64,000 nucleotides of DNA from Bacteroidales bacterium (GTDB lineage Bacteria > Bacteroidota > Bacteroidia > Bacteroidales > UBA3663): positions 20,260 through 84,259 of the forward strand of contig JAZRXX010000088.1 in the NCBI GenBank assembly GCA_045600485.1, in the 5' to 3' direction. The position numbers and the translations under genes are program-made. A model generated the notes under the pieces. It did not search any database. It was given only the letters and a program-made list of their open reading frames with translations, and had not been told where the DNA came from. Shown here piece by piece: positions 19,326 through 27,322 of the stretch (positions are counted from its first letter, which is position 1; each line of letters starts with the position of its first letter).

Positions 19326-20936
19326 ATGTCGTATTCTAAGTTTTTGCTTGTTGGAGCAATAGTCATGTTGTCATCGTCTTGTGTCTCGAATGGAAATACG
19401 CAGACAGAAGAGGCTGCCGCCTACACGGATGTTAAGTTCGATAGTACCAAACTCTATTCCAAGTTGATCATTGATAGTCGAATCAATGACTTCTATGCCA
19501 ATACCAAACTCATGGGTTTCAATGTTTACGATGCTGACGGAAACCTGTTGAAGGAGAGCGCTGGAAGCAAGAATCTGAAGTTTGACTATGTGCCTGGTCT
19601 TGTTGCTAAAGCATTGATCGAGGGTGCGGCTTACTATCAGGATTCTACCTTCGCACGTGCGTGGTATTATATGGTAGAGGATTATGCGAATCGTTTTGCG
19701 GAATCTGTTCCTACCACAGGCGGAAGTTTGGATAATCTGAATGCGACCAAGATGTACCCGACCTTGCTTGAGCTTACTCGAAAGGACGGAGCTTTCGAAT
19801 CGATCGCTAATCCAGCAACCAACCAAAATGCTCTGTCTGCGATGCAGAAGGCTATCCAGGGCTTGTCTGATGCCAATCAGAATTTCGTTATTGACCGATC
19901 GGTAAAGGAGGATGCTGCTGGAGGCTGGTACCACAAGAGCAGTTATCCGAACCAGATGTGGTGCGACGGCCAGTACATGGGACCTGCTCTTTTGGGCCAG
20001 TTGTTGCAGAATGGCTATCGTATCGACACCGAATTCAATGATTGGATGACTATTACCCGTCAGTTTGATATCACTTGGCATTATCTGTGGGACGCAGACA
20101 AGCAGTTGCTTTGGCATGCTTTCTCTGCTGATCCTACTGGCGAAAAAGCCAAGTGTTGGGCAGATCCGGTAACTGGCAGATCGCAAGAATACTGGGGACG
20201 CGCCTGTGGCTGGTATATGCTTGCTTTGGTCGATGTGCTCGAAATGATTCCTACCGACATCGAGTATGCGCCAACACAGAGTTCGTTGGCTGGATATAGT
20301 GTGGATTGCCGTACCCGACTGATGCAGTATCTTGAGAAACTGTCTGCAGGTCTGAAGGCTCGTCAGGATGCTAAAACGGGTTGTTGGTATCAGTTGTTGG
20401 CCTACGACAATACCTTCTCGGCCGATACCTATCAGGGCAAGAGTTATACTCGTACCTACAACTATTTGGAGAGTTCTGCTTCTGCTATCTTTACGGCTGC
20501 TTATCTGAAGGCTGTCCGTTTGGGTTATCTCTCGGCCGATGAATATCGTGGTGTGGCCATCAAGGGCTATCAGGGCTTTATCAATGAGTTTGTAAAGTTG
20601 AAATCTGATGGAACTTATACTCTGGTAAACAGTTGCGCTTCGGCTGGATTGGGCAACAGTACCAATCGTGATGGTTCGGCTGCGTACTATCTGTTGGGAA
20701 GCGATGTCACTCGTGTGACTAACTATACAGAAGGTAAGGTTTTGGGTGCTTTCATTCTGGCTGCTATTGAATATGAGCGTCTGATGAATGAGTCGAAGAA
20801 TGCAATTTCGGACATAACAGCGTGTTTGACCCCTGATTTCCCTATTTCGGACAAGTCTGTAGATCTGACTGGAAAAATGGCTCAAAACAACGAAAAATGG
20901 CAGATTTCGAAAGGGCGTGTTGTCGTTCGTCGATAA
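19326..20936 (+). CDS. Glycoside hydrolase family 105/88 (unsaturated uronyl hydrolase)
   Basis: SLDNLN, HKSSYPNQMWCDGQYM, WGRACGW, YLESSAS; C-terminus resembles a T9SS sorting tail. Confidence 0.9.
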   Translation: MSYSKFLLVGAIVMLSSSCVSNGNTQTEEAAAYTDVKFDSTKLYSKLIIDSRINDFYANTKLMGFNVYDADGNLLKESAGSKNLKFDYVPGLVAKALIEGAAYYQDSTFARAWYYMVEDYANRFAESVPTTGGSLDNLNATKMYPTLLELTRKDGAFESIANPATNQNALSAMQKAIQGLSDANQNFVIDRSVKEDAAGGWYHKSSYPNQMWCDGQYMGPALLGQLLQNGYRIDTEFNDWMTITRQFDITWHYLWDADKQLLWHAFSADPTGEKAKCWADPVTGRSQEYWGRACGWYMLALVDVLEMIPTDIEYAPTQSSLAGYSVDCRTRLMQYLEKLSAGLKARQDAKTGCWYQLLAYDNTFSADTYQGKSYTRTYNYLESSASAIFTAAYLKAVRLGYLSADEYRGVAIKGYQGFINEFVKLKSDGTYTLVNSCASAGLGNSTNRDGSAAYYLLGSDVTRVTNYTEGKVLGAFILAAIEYERLMNESKNAISDITACLTPDFPISDKSVDLTGKMAQNNEKWQISKGRVVVRR

Positions 20937-20991
20937 AATCGTGTCGTTCGTCGATTTTTTTTGGTCATGTTGACGAAAATCCCTATCTTTG
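20921..20991 (+). promoter_or_regulatory. 21-bp-spaced direct repeat plus -33/-7 promoter
   Basis: TGTCGTTCGTCGAT at 20921 and 20942; TTTG 20960; TATCTTTG 20984-20991. Confidence 0.65.
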
Positions 20992-20997
20992 CACCAT

Positions 20998-21077
20998 CAA
21001 AAAACGAACATCAAGTTTTGTAAAAAGATAATTAATTGGGATACACAAAGGATGCACCTCGGCGCATCCTTTTGTGT
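20998..21077 (+). ncRNA. Candidate ~80-nt sRNA or attenuating leader
   Basis: Consensus promoter directly upstream, no ORF, ends in hairpin ACACAAAGGATGC/GCATCCTTTTGTGT. Confidence 0.45.
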
Positions 21078-21109
21078 TAATGTTTGAATACTTTTTTTAC
21101 CAACCGAAT

Positions 21110-22054
21110 ATGCATCCTATTGATACAGCTCTTGCTATTGCAACCCAAGCCCATGCCGGTCAACTTGACCGCGATGGCTATCCTGTTATTCTTCATCCCT
21201 TGACTGTTGGTTTGATGGGACATACTGACGAAGAGAAGATGGCAGGCTTCCTTCACGATGTAGTGGAGGACTCTGATTTCACTTTTCAGGATCTGCTTGA
21301 CCGAGGTATTCCTACTGGTGTGGTCAATGCTCTTCGTCTGCTTACTCACGAGAAGGGAACGGACTATTTTGAATATGTGCAACGAGTCATCGATTCCGGG
21401 AATCCGATTGCCCTTCAGGTCAAGTACAATGATCTGCAGCACAATTATGCACGAGGAAAGGCTTATCCGGATCTCCAGCAGAAACATGGCAAGGCTCTGG
21501 AGATGGTTCGTGCTGCGATTGAAGCTTGTAGTAGAATCGATTTGTATAAGGCTCCAGAAGACGCCAACCTGGAGGTAGGAATCTTTGCATGTGGCTGTTT
21601 CTGGGGAACCCAGCATCAGTTCGAAAAGCAGAAAGGTGTGGTGCGGACGTTGGCTGGTTATACAGGTGGGGAAGAGGCTTTCCCATCGTATGCCGATGTC
21701 CGAGATCATAAGACTCACCATGTGGAAGCCGTCATTGTGGAGTTTGATCCTACGATTGTCTCCTATGAATCGCTCTGTAAGCTCTTCTTCGAGATTCACG
21801 ATCCAGCCCAAACCGATGGTGTCGGTCCTGATCTTGGCCCTCAGTATCGCAGTTGTCTTTTCTATCGCAATGAGACCCAGAAGCAGATTGCAGAGAAGGT
21901 CATGCAGCTCCTCCGCGACATGGGCGATGAGGTCAATACATTACTCCTCCCCGAAGAGAAATTCTACATCGGAGAGGAGTATCATCAACGGTATTACGAA
22001 AAAACTGGTTGCGAACCTTATTGCCACATGCGAGTCCGCAAGTTCGATAAGTAA
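21110..22054 (+). CDS. msrA: HD-domain (SAH/Mesh1-like) - peptide methionine sulfoxide reductase A fusion
   Basis: N-terminal HAGQ..G.P..LHP, LHDVVED, VKYNDLQHN; C-terminal GCFWG, GYTGG, QYRS, EEYHQRY, PYCH. Confidence 0.88.
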   Translation: MHPIDTALAIATQAHAGQLDRDGYPVILHPLTVGLMGHTDEEKMAGFLHDVVEDSDFTFQDLLDRGIPTGVVNALRLLTHEKGTDYFEYVQRVIDSGNPIALQVKYNDLQHNYARGKAYPDLQQKHGKALEMVRAAIEACSRIDLYKAPEDANLEVGIFACGCFWGTQHQFEKQKGVVRTLAGYTGGEEAFPSYADVRDHKTHHVEAVIVEFDPTIVSYESLCKLFFEIHDPAQTDGVGPDLGPQYRSCLFYRNETQKQIAEKVMQLLRDMGDEVNTLLLPEEKFYIGEEYHQRYYEKTGCEPYCHMRVRKFDK

Positions 22055-22063
22055 GCCTGAATC

Positions 22064-22118
22064 TTGTGTATCATCTCGACGGGATTCAATAATAACTCAA
22101 AGAAGAGGAGAAGATTAG
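22064..22118. repeat. Isolated end of the MITE-like family
   Basis: TTGTGTATCATCTCGACGGGATTCAATAATAACTC resembles reverse complement of unit ends at 15281/15477, then GAAGAGGAGAAG arm. Confidence 0.65.
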
Positions 22119-22126
22119 TTGGCAAC

Positions 22127-22243
22127 ATTCTCTGCCAACGGGTCCGGTCTATCAAATTTCTCTATGGCTGCGAGAGCCTTCCCGCTTTACTTATACTTCT
22201 GTGCCTCTTGGTTTGATGACAAGTTGCCGATGATGCCACCATA
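22127..22243 (-). pseudogene. Cryptic RHS core remnant
   Basis: Translates YGGIIGNLSSNQEAQKYK*SGKALAAIEKFDRPDPLAEN, similar to RHS core at 24830-25000. Confidence 0.75.
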
Positions 22244-22275
22244 TTTTTACTCTTTCTGTTCCTATCATTTGTGTA

Positions 22276-22477
22276 GATAAGGATTTTCCATCATTCTAAA
22301 TCATTCTTGAAATCATTCTGCTTGGACAGGTTTATTTTTAACAAGAAACTAGAGAAACCAAAGAAACGTTTCTTTCTTGTTAGTAGGATTCTTTTCATTC
22401 CTCTAAATTCCCTGTAGAAACCTTCGAACGATTCGAACATTCGGGATGTGTCATAGACTAACAAGAAAGCAAAGAAA
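22276..22477 (+). repeat. ~200-bp dispersed direct repeat, copy 1
   Basis: Core 22362-22477 equals 25970-26085 with 4 mismatches in 116 bp. Confidence 0.9.
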
Positions 22478-22596
22478 TGTTTCTATCCATTCTCAGTTTC
22501 TAGGCTTCTCTATTGTCAACATTCCTTCTGGTTCTAGTAAAATAGAATCAGAACGTTGATTGGTGGAGGCCTGAGTAGTTACTTCCAAGTTTATGA

Positions 22597-23208
22597 TCAT
22601 AATATTCTTTTTGACTTATATATTTTATTCTTCTCTTTGCAAATATTCGACAAAATTATATCAATATCAGAAATGCTTGTATTTTTATACTGATGTTTTT
22701 TGGGAAAAATATTACGAAAAAACTGACAATAAATCAATCTTACAAGTTTTACAAAAGAATCTCTATCTAAAAAAGGCTGAAATTCTGACAAAGAAAAAAC
22801 GATAGAAAAGTTTTCTTTTTTTGTGCCATTCCAACTAGTAGAAAAAGATTCAATATAAACTGTTAAAAAATAGCCTCCACCTCGAATATTACGAGAATAG
22901 CAGTATTCAACACTAGATATTTTTTCCCAGTCATAAAAATCAGATCGAATATTATCGCCTATTTTCTCAATGACTCTAATTCCATCCCTTGATACAATTA
23001 TCTTTTTTGCGTGAGAATATTGTTTATATTCATCGAATGCCCAAATTGCATTAATTAGAATCCAAACCACTAATAGAATAGAGTTAGAAAAGTATATGAA
23101 AGGAATACCGAATAATAGAAAGAATCCGAGTACTTCTATTATAGCAAAAATGACATCCTTATAGGTTTGTCCAGACTTAAAATAGTCATGATTATTTACA
23201 ATTATCAT
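22597..23208 (-). CDS. Low-GC membrane protein, candidate immunity protein
   Basis: 203 aa, two N-terminal TM helices; overlaps the 3' end of the RHS-derived ORF. Confidence 0.7.
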   Translation of the reverse strand: MIIVNNHDYFKSGQTYKDVIFAIIEVLGFFLLFGIPFIYFSNSILLVVWILINAIWAFDEYKQYSHAKKIIVSRDGIRVIEKIGDNIRSDFYDWEKISSVEYCYSRNIRGGGYFLTVYIESFSTSWNGTKKENFSIVFSLSEFQPFLDRDSFVKLVRLIYCQFFRNIFPKKHQYKNTSISDIDIILSNICKEKNKIYKSKRIL

Positions 23209-23728
23209 TGATTGTTTTTTGTATTAAAGGATTAACAGGATCCGTAATGCCAATTACTGTCAATCCTTTAGTTTGAAAATCATTAATAGCTTGATGCTTT
23301 TGAGAAACTTCTGCAGCAGCTTTATTCTTAAGTTCTGCATTCGTCAAACCTTTTTTGCCACTATTATTGGACTTGCCGTTTTTGAGGATTTGATTGCCAA
23401 TATATTCTATTGAATCTGAAAAGATCTCACGATGAAGCCTTGGCTTGGTAACATAGGAGATATAGGAATGTTTCGTTTTCAACCTTCTTCCATCAGCAGC
23501 ATAGACGTATTCTATTCTTTTGGTATTGTCCTCCATTGTTAGCTTGATAGGGTTTCCCAACAGATCATATTCGATATTATCAATACTCCTATTGAGGTCC
23601 ATGGTCAAAGCTCCATTACCATTATAGGCATGCTCTTTGTTCTTGTCGTCACCATCTGCGAAGTCGAAACGGCAGGTTTCCATTTGTGCTGAATTATCAT
23701 TTTTTCTTCTCGGCATATGTATCTGCAT
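23192..23728 (-). pseudogene. Chimeric RHS fragment (YD-repeat piece fused to unrelated short tail)
   Basis: FDFADG..YNGNGALTMDLNR..IEYVYAADGRRL..EYIGNQILKNGK, then abrupt switch; no PYG/DPxG core. Confidence 0.7.
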
Positions 23729-23761
23729 TTTCGGAATAGTAGTGTATTTAACTGTAGATAA

Positions 23762-24190
23762 TTATAATCGTGAGGATTCATCAACATGATAATAATTATA
23801 TAATGTTGAGATTGAATCATGTGTTAAGGGACCAATAAAAGAATCAACTGGTACTATAATCATCCAATAGTAGATGCTGTCTTCGGTATCAGGATAATCA
23901 ATTTTTTGTGCCGACAAATAATAAGGCATTCTTAGCTTACCCTTCTGTTTTACCACAATTAAAGTATCGTTATTGCGATAATCCAATATTTTAATGGGAA
24001 TATAATTATTATTTTGCGATGTAAAAATCACGGAATCTGTATTCCAACGGTCATGGTAAGGCTCTATCCAGATATTTGCAGATATACGTCTCGATGTTTC
24101 AGAAAAATCTTGTGAATCATGCGAGGATTCTCTACATAATTCTACTATAAACAAGATTAGTATTAGTAAAAATATATATCTTATTTTCAT
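23762..24190 (-). CDS. DUF3997-like exported protein, candidate immunity protein
   Basis: Signal peptide; IP.KI.DY....IVVKQ and YYWMII...GPLT motifs; directly after RHS C-terminus. Confidence 0.65.
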   Translation of the reverse strand: MKIRYIFLLILILFIVELCRESSHDSQDFSETSRRISANIWIEPYHDRWNTDSVIFTSQNNNYIPIKILDYRNNDTLIVVKQKGKLRMPYYLSAQKIDYPDTEDSIYYWMIIVPVDSFIGPLTHDSISTLYNYYHVDESSRL

Positions 24191-25180
24191 TTTTTTTGTA
24201 ATTTATTAGAGCCATAAAAGTTAAATGTTATAGGATTTCCCATCACCTGCAACCCAAGAACCTATGATTGTTAAAATGTTTCTAACTGGATATTTACTCC
24301 ATTCTTTAATGTCGAAATCATAGATGTCTTTAGATATCTTAACTCTATCGTCTGGGATTCGCTTAAAATTTAAATTACCAAAAATGCGGCCATGTTTTGA
24401 CGAAAATAAGGTGTTGAAAGTATAATTTTTTCCAATATAGTCATCCCCAAGAGACTTATAATTGGAAAGATCAACTTTGGAAGCATTTACAAATAAGGGA
24501 TCTCCCTTACCGTTTCTAAACCATTCATTTGCTTCTTCCAATGTAAGTTCGCCATCCCAATCTGGCCGATTAGGTAGATTTTTGTAATGGTCTTCGATTG
24601 TTTTTATTGTTTCCTCGTCAACATAACATGTGCTATACTTAAGGGCTTCCTCGTTGGTCATTCCTTGAGTGAAATTATCTTTGTTCATTACTATATAGTC
24701 ACCTTGTAATCCACCATCATCCGTTCCTAGGAAATTCCCATTCATATCATATATAGGTCGTCTTCCATCCGGATCTACACAATTCACCGGATCACCAGCA
24801 CAATAATTGTATGGTGTGAGCCAAGTGAAGTCCTCTGCCAATGGGTCTATGCTGGTAAAGCAGCCCAGTTTTGCATCATGCAGACGGGCATGGAAATCAT
24901 AGAGATCGAGGCCAAAGGAGCGATCAAGCTCTTTGCTTCCATACTTGTATTTCTGCACATTCGGATTGGTGCTAATATCACTAATCAACTCGCCATAAGG
25001 GTAGTAATGGGTATTCTGCTCGATTCCATTGTTGCCGGCATTCACTACCTGTCGGATATTCCCCTGGTAGTCGGCGATATAGTAATGGCACTAAGGTTTC
25101 TTGTCTCCATTGAAGGAATAGTAGCCTCCAGAGAAAAGATACATACTTGGCTTACCGTTCTTGAGGATAAGATTGCCAAT
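24187..25180 (-). pseudogene. Orphan RHS core + C-terminal toxin domain, disrupted
   Basis: DYQGNIRQ, HYYPYG, YDFHAR, IDPLAE, PYNYC, DPDGR; in-frame TAG at 25091-25093; probable +1 frameshift near 24223. Confidence 0.85.
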
Positions 25181-25192
25181 AAGTATTGAGGA

Positions 25193-25761
25193 CTAATTTC
25201 CAAGAATAGAGGAAATTATATCATCAGAGAGTCCTTGCGCTTTCATTTTATCATATAGTTCACGAAATGCTTCAGCTCGTCCTTCGGCTCGTCCTTCAGC
25301 TCGTCCTTTAGCAAGACCTTTGGCAAGTCCTTCTTCAACACCCTCTGCATGTTCATTGAGCATGGCCGCACGATTAGTACGGTATGTATCAAGACTAATG
25401 TTGTAGCGCTCCAGTTCCTCTGGAGTCATATTGATCAAGTCAAGAATATTGCCGACTTTATTGAATATCGGCTGCTGTGACTGGAATGGAATAGTTGTCT
25501 TCATTGTGTCGATATTTACCAAATTGTATAACCAATAGTCAATTCTTGTTTTACACTCCGACTGAGGTTTGTTCTTGTAGCTGGGTAACTCAAGGGTAAA
25601 TGCCTTCAGTTTGTCGGAGAAAATCTCTCCAGTTTCGTCCACCTTAAGTTGTATGGTGCGTAATTCTCGAGGTTCAAACCCCTTCAAGGTGAAGTTGAGG
25701 AAGAAGATGCCTTTTTGAATCCGTAATCGGTCAGCGGGTTGATGTAACGTTTCTGTTCCAT
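25193..25761 (-). pseudogene. Rpn-family / PD-(D/E)XK nuclease-family (PDDEXK_2) gene with internal deletion and frameshift
   Basis: MEQKRYINPLTDYGFKK joined out of frame to GIFFLNF...LELP...WLY...EGRAEGRAE. Confidence 0.85.
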
Positions 25762-25794
25762 ATTGTAGTAGTAGATTGAATGATTATTTCGGTG

Positions 25795-25802
25795 CAAAGG
25801 TA
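25795..25802 (-). promoter_or_regulatory. -7 element TACCTTTG upstream of Rpn gene
   Basis: Consensus match 33 bp upstream of ATG 25761. Confidence 0.7.
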
Positions 25803-25871
25803 AAGATATTTTTCGAAATCTCCAAATGTTTACTGGATTATTTGGGTTATTCTACTCCTTATGCTTGAATT

Positions 25872-26085
25872 GACAAGAATTCTCCATCATTCAGAATCAT
25901 TCTTGAAATTATTTTCCATTGGCACAGGCAGACTAATTCTATGTACAAACAAGAAAACAGAGAAATTAGAGAAACGTTTCTTTCTTGATAGTAGAATTCT
26001 TTTCATTCCTCTAAATTCCCTATAGAAACCTTCGAACGATTCGAACATTCGGGATGTGTCATAGATTAACAAGAAAGCAAAGAAA
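25872..26085 (+). repeat. ~200-bp dispersed direct repeat, copy 2
   Basis: Matches 22276-22477, core offset 3608 bp. Confidence 0.9.
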
Positions 26086-26091
26086 ACAAAG

Positions 26092-26270
26092 AAAAACGCC
26101 CTGAAAGGGCAAAAGCATGAATATCGCTTGTACGCACAAGAATAGAGCATTGTCCTTCAGTAAGGCTTTTGCCCCTTCAGGGCGTTTTTTGTTCATATAC
26201 TATGAAACCCAGGGTGTCGCTTTGCTTTACCCTGGGTTGATAGCACTTTGCGATTGCCCTTTCTGGGCGA
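26092..26270. repeat. REP-like palindrome cluster (GCCCTGAAAGGGC / ACCCAGGG..CCCTGGGT type)
   Basis: AAAAACGCCCTGAAAGGGCAAAAGC / GCTTTTGCCCCTTCAGGGCGTTTTT; AACCCAGGG / CCCTGGGTT. Confidence 0.8.
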
Positions 26271-26421
26271 AAGGTTAAACTATATCAGGCAACAGTGGAA
26301 CTTGATGAATTAATAGTTAAAAATTAAAAGTTATCGACCTGTACGGTTGAACGCTAATAACACAGACACTTATTGCGCAGATTAATTATTAATTGTTTAT
26401 TTCCGTGCTTTCCGTGGTCAA

Positions 26422-26676
26422 ATAACGAATCATTCGGAAGCTACTCCATCGGCCTCGGGAAGCAAATCGAATCGTTCGGAGGCTACTCCATCGGCCTCGG
26501 GAAGCAAAACGGATCATTCGGAGGCTACTCCATCGGCCTCGGGAAGCAAAACGAATCATTCGGAGGCTACTCCATCGGCCTCGGGAAGCAAATCGAATCG
26601 TTCGGAGGCTACTCCATCGGCCTCGGGAAGCAAATCGAATCGTTCGGAGGCTACTCAATTGGCCTCAGGAAGCAAA
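26422..26676. repeat. 42-bp tandem array, 6 near-identical units
   Basis: CGAATCGTTCGGAGGCTACTCCATCGGCCTCGGGAAGCAAAT at 26426, 26468, 26510, 26552, 26594, 26636. Confidence 0.95.
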
Positions 26677-27060
26677 GTCTCAATGACTTGTATATAAACT
26701 CACACGAAGGCACGAAGACAAAAAGTCTTTCCCCTTAGTCATTTTTGTGAGGTCTCAATTTATCACAAAGGGTATCAAGTTCACAAAGGCAATATGTCGC
26801 AGGCCTTCGTCTTCTTTGTGTCTTCGTGTGAGCTATTATTTAATCTCGACGAATTTCTATGGCTCGCAGAGTGTAAAAAAGTGTAAGGGAAATTTAAAAA
26901 ATCACTTCTTTTCACTCACTTAAACTCTGCGAGAGATATTAGGTTGCTAACCACAAATCTTCTTATCTTCTCCTCTTTTTTGAGTTTTATGTACTGTCTT
27001 AATAACTTGTATTTAAACTCACACGAAGGCACGAAGTTATAAAGTCTTTCCCCCTTGGTC
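26677..27060. mobile_element. Mosaic of truncated MITE-like units
   Basis: 26677-26845 matches 196-bp unit; CTCGCAGAG..CTCTGCGAG hairpin; 26939-26988 matches 15534-15582; another left end from ~26988. Confidence 0.7.
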
Positions 27061-27107
27061 TTTTGAGTAGGAATCTAATCGTTCGATTCGAGCTCAAAAA
27101 GTTTTGA

Positions 27108-27145
27108 GTAGGAATCCAGCCGTGTAGCGAAACGGCTATGCCTAC
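27108..27145. repeat. GTAG-type REP-like hairpin
   Basis: GTAGG-AATCC-AGCCGT..ACGGCT-ATG-CCTAC; TTTTGAGTAGGAATC duplicated at 27061 and 27102. Confidence 0.55.
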
Positions 27146-27207
27146 GAAAGGTTTGGAAAGCATTTTTCGTAAAATGAAAGCCGAAAATAGAGCTTTTGCA
27201 GTAAAAT

Positions 27208-27239
27208 TTTTGAATTATGAAATTAAATCCTTATCTTTG
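27208..27239 (+). promoter_or_regulatory. -33/-7 promoter
   Basis: TTTG-20 nt-TATCTTTG. Confidence 0.75.
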
Positions 27240-27322
27240 CACCTAACAAACATTTGGATTGAAATAACAGTTCAAAACAATTTTAAATCAAAAACAACAC
27301 AACAAATAGTAACGATGCATGG

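Noticed and set aside
22155-22177. Apparent empty site of the CTCGCAGAG hairpin seen at ~26862-26932
   Set aside because: The sequence is better explained as part of the RHS remnant reading frame (AAIEKFDRPDP).
25091-25093. TAG recoding or read-through
   Set aside because: Single case in a fragment with other lesions; the adjacent Rpn gene uses TAG as its stop and housekeeping genes have no internal TAG.
26422-26676. CRISPR or TIGR-like guide array
   Set aside because: Units are contiguous and near-identical with no unique spacers; no cas or Nop-domain gene recognised in the window.
26373-26738. 121-aa SFGGYSIGLGKQ repeat protein
   Set aside because: TTG start, runs into a MITE-like unit, and the opposite strand is equally open; superficial likeness to adhesin head repeats only.
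22055-27200. Prophage or integrative element
   Set aside because: No integrase, relaxase, phage structural gene or tRNA attachment site was seen.
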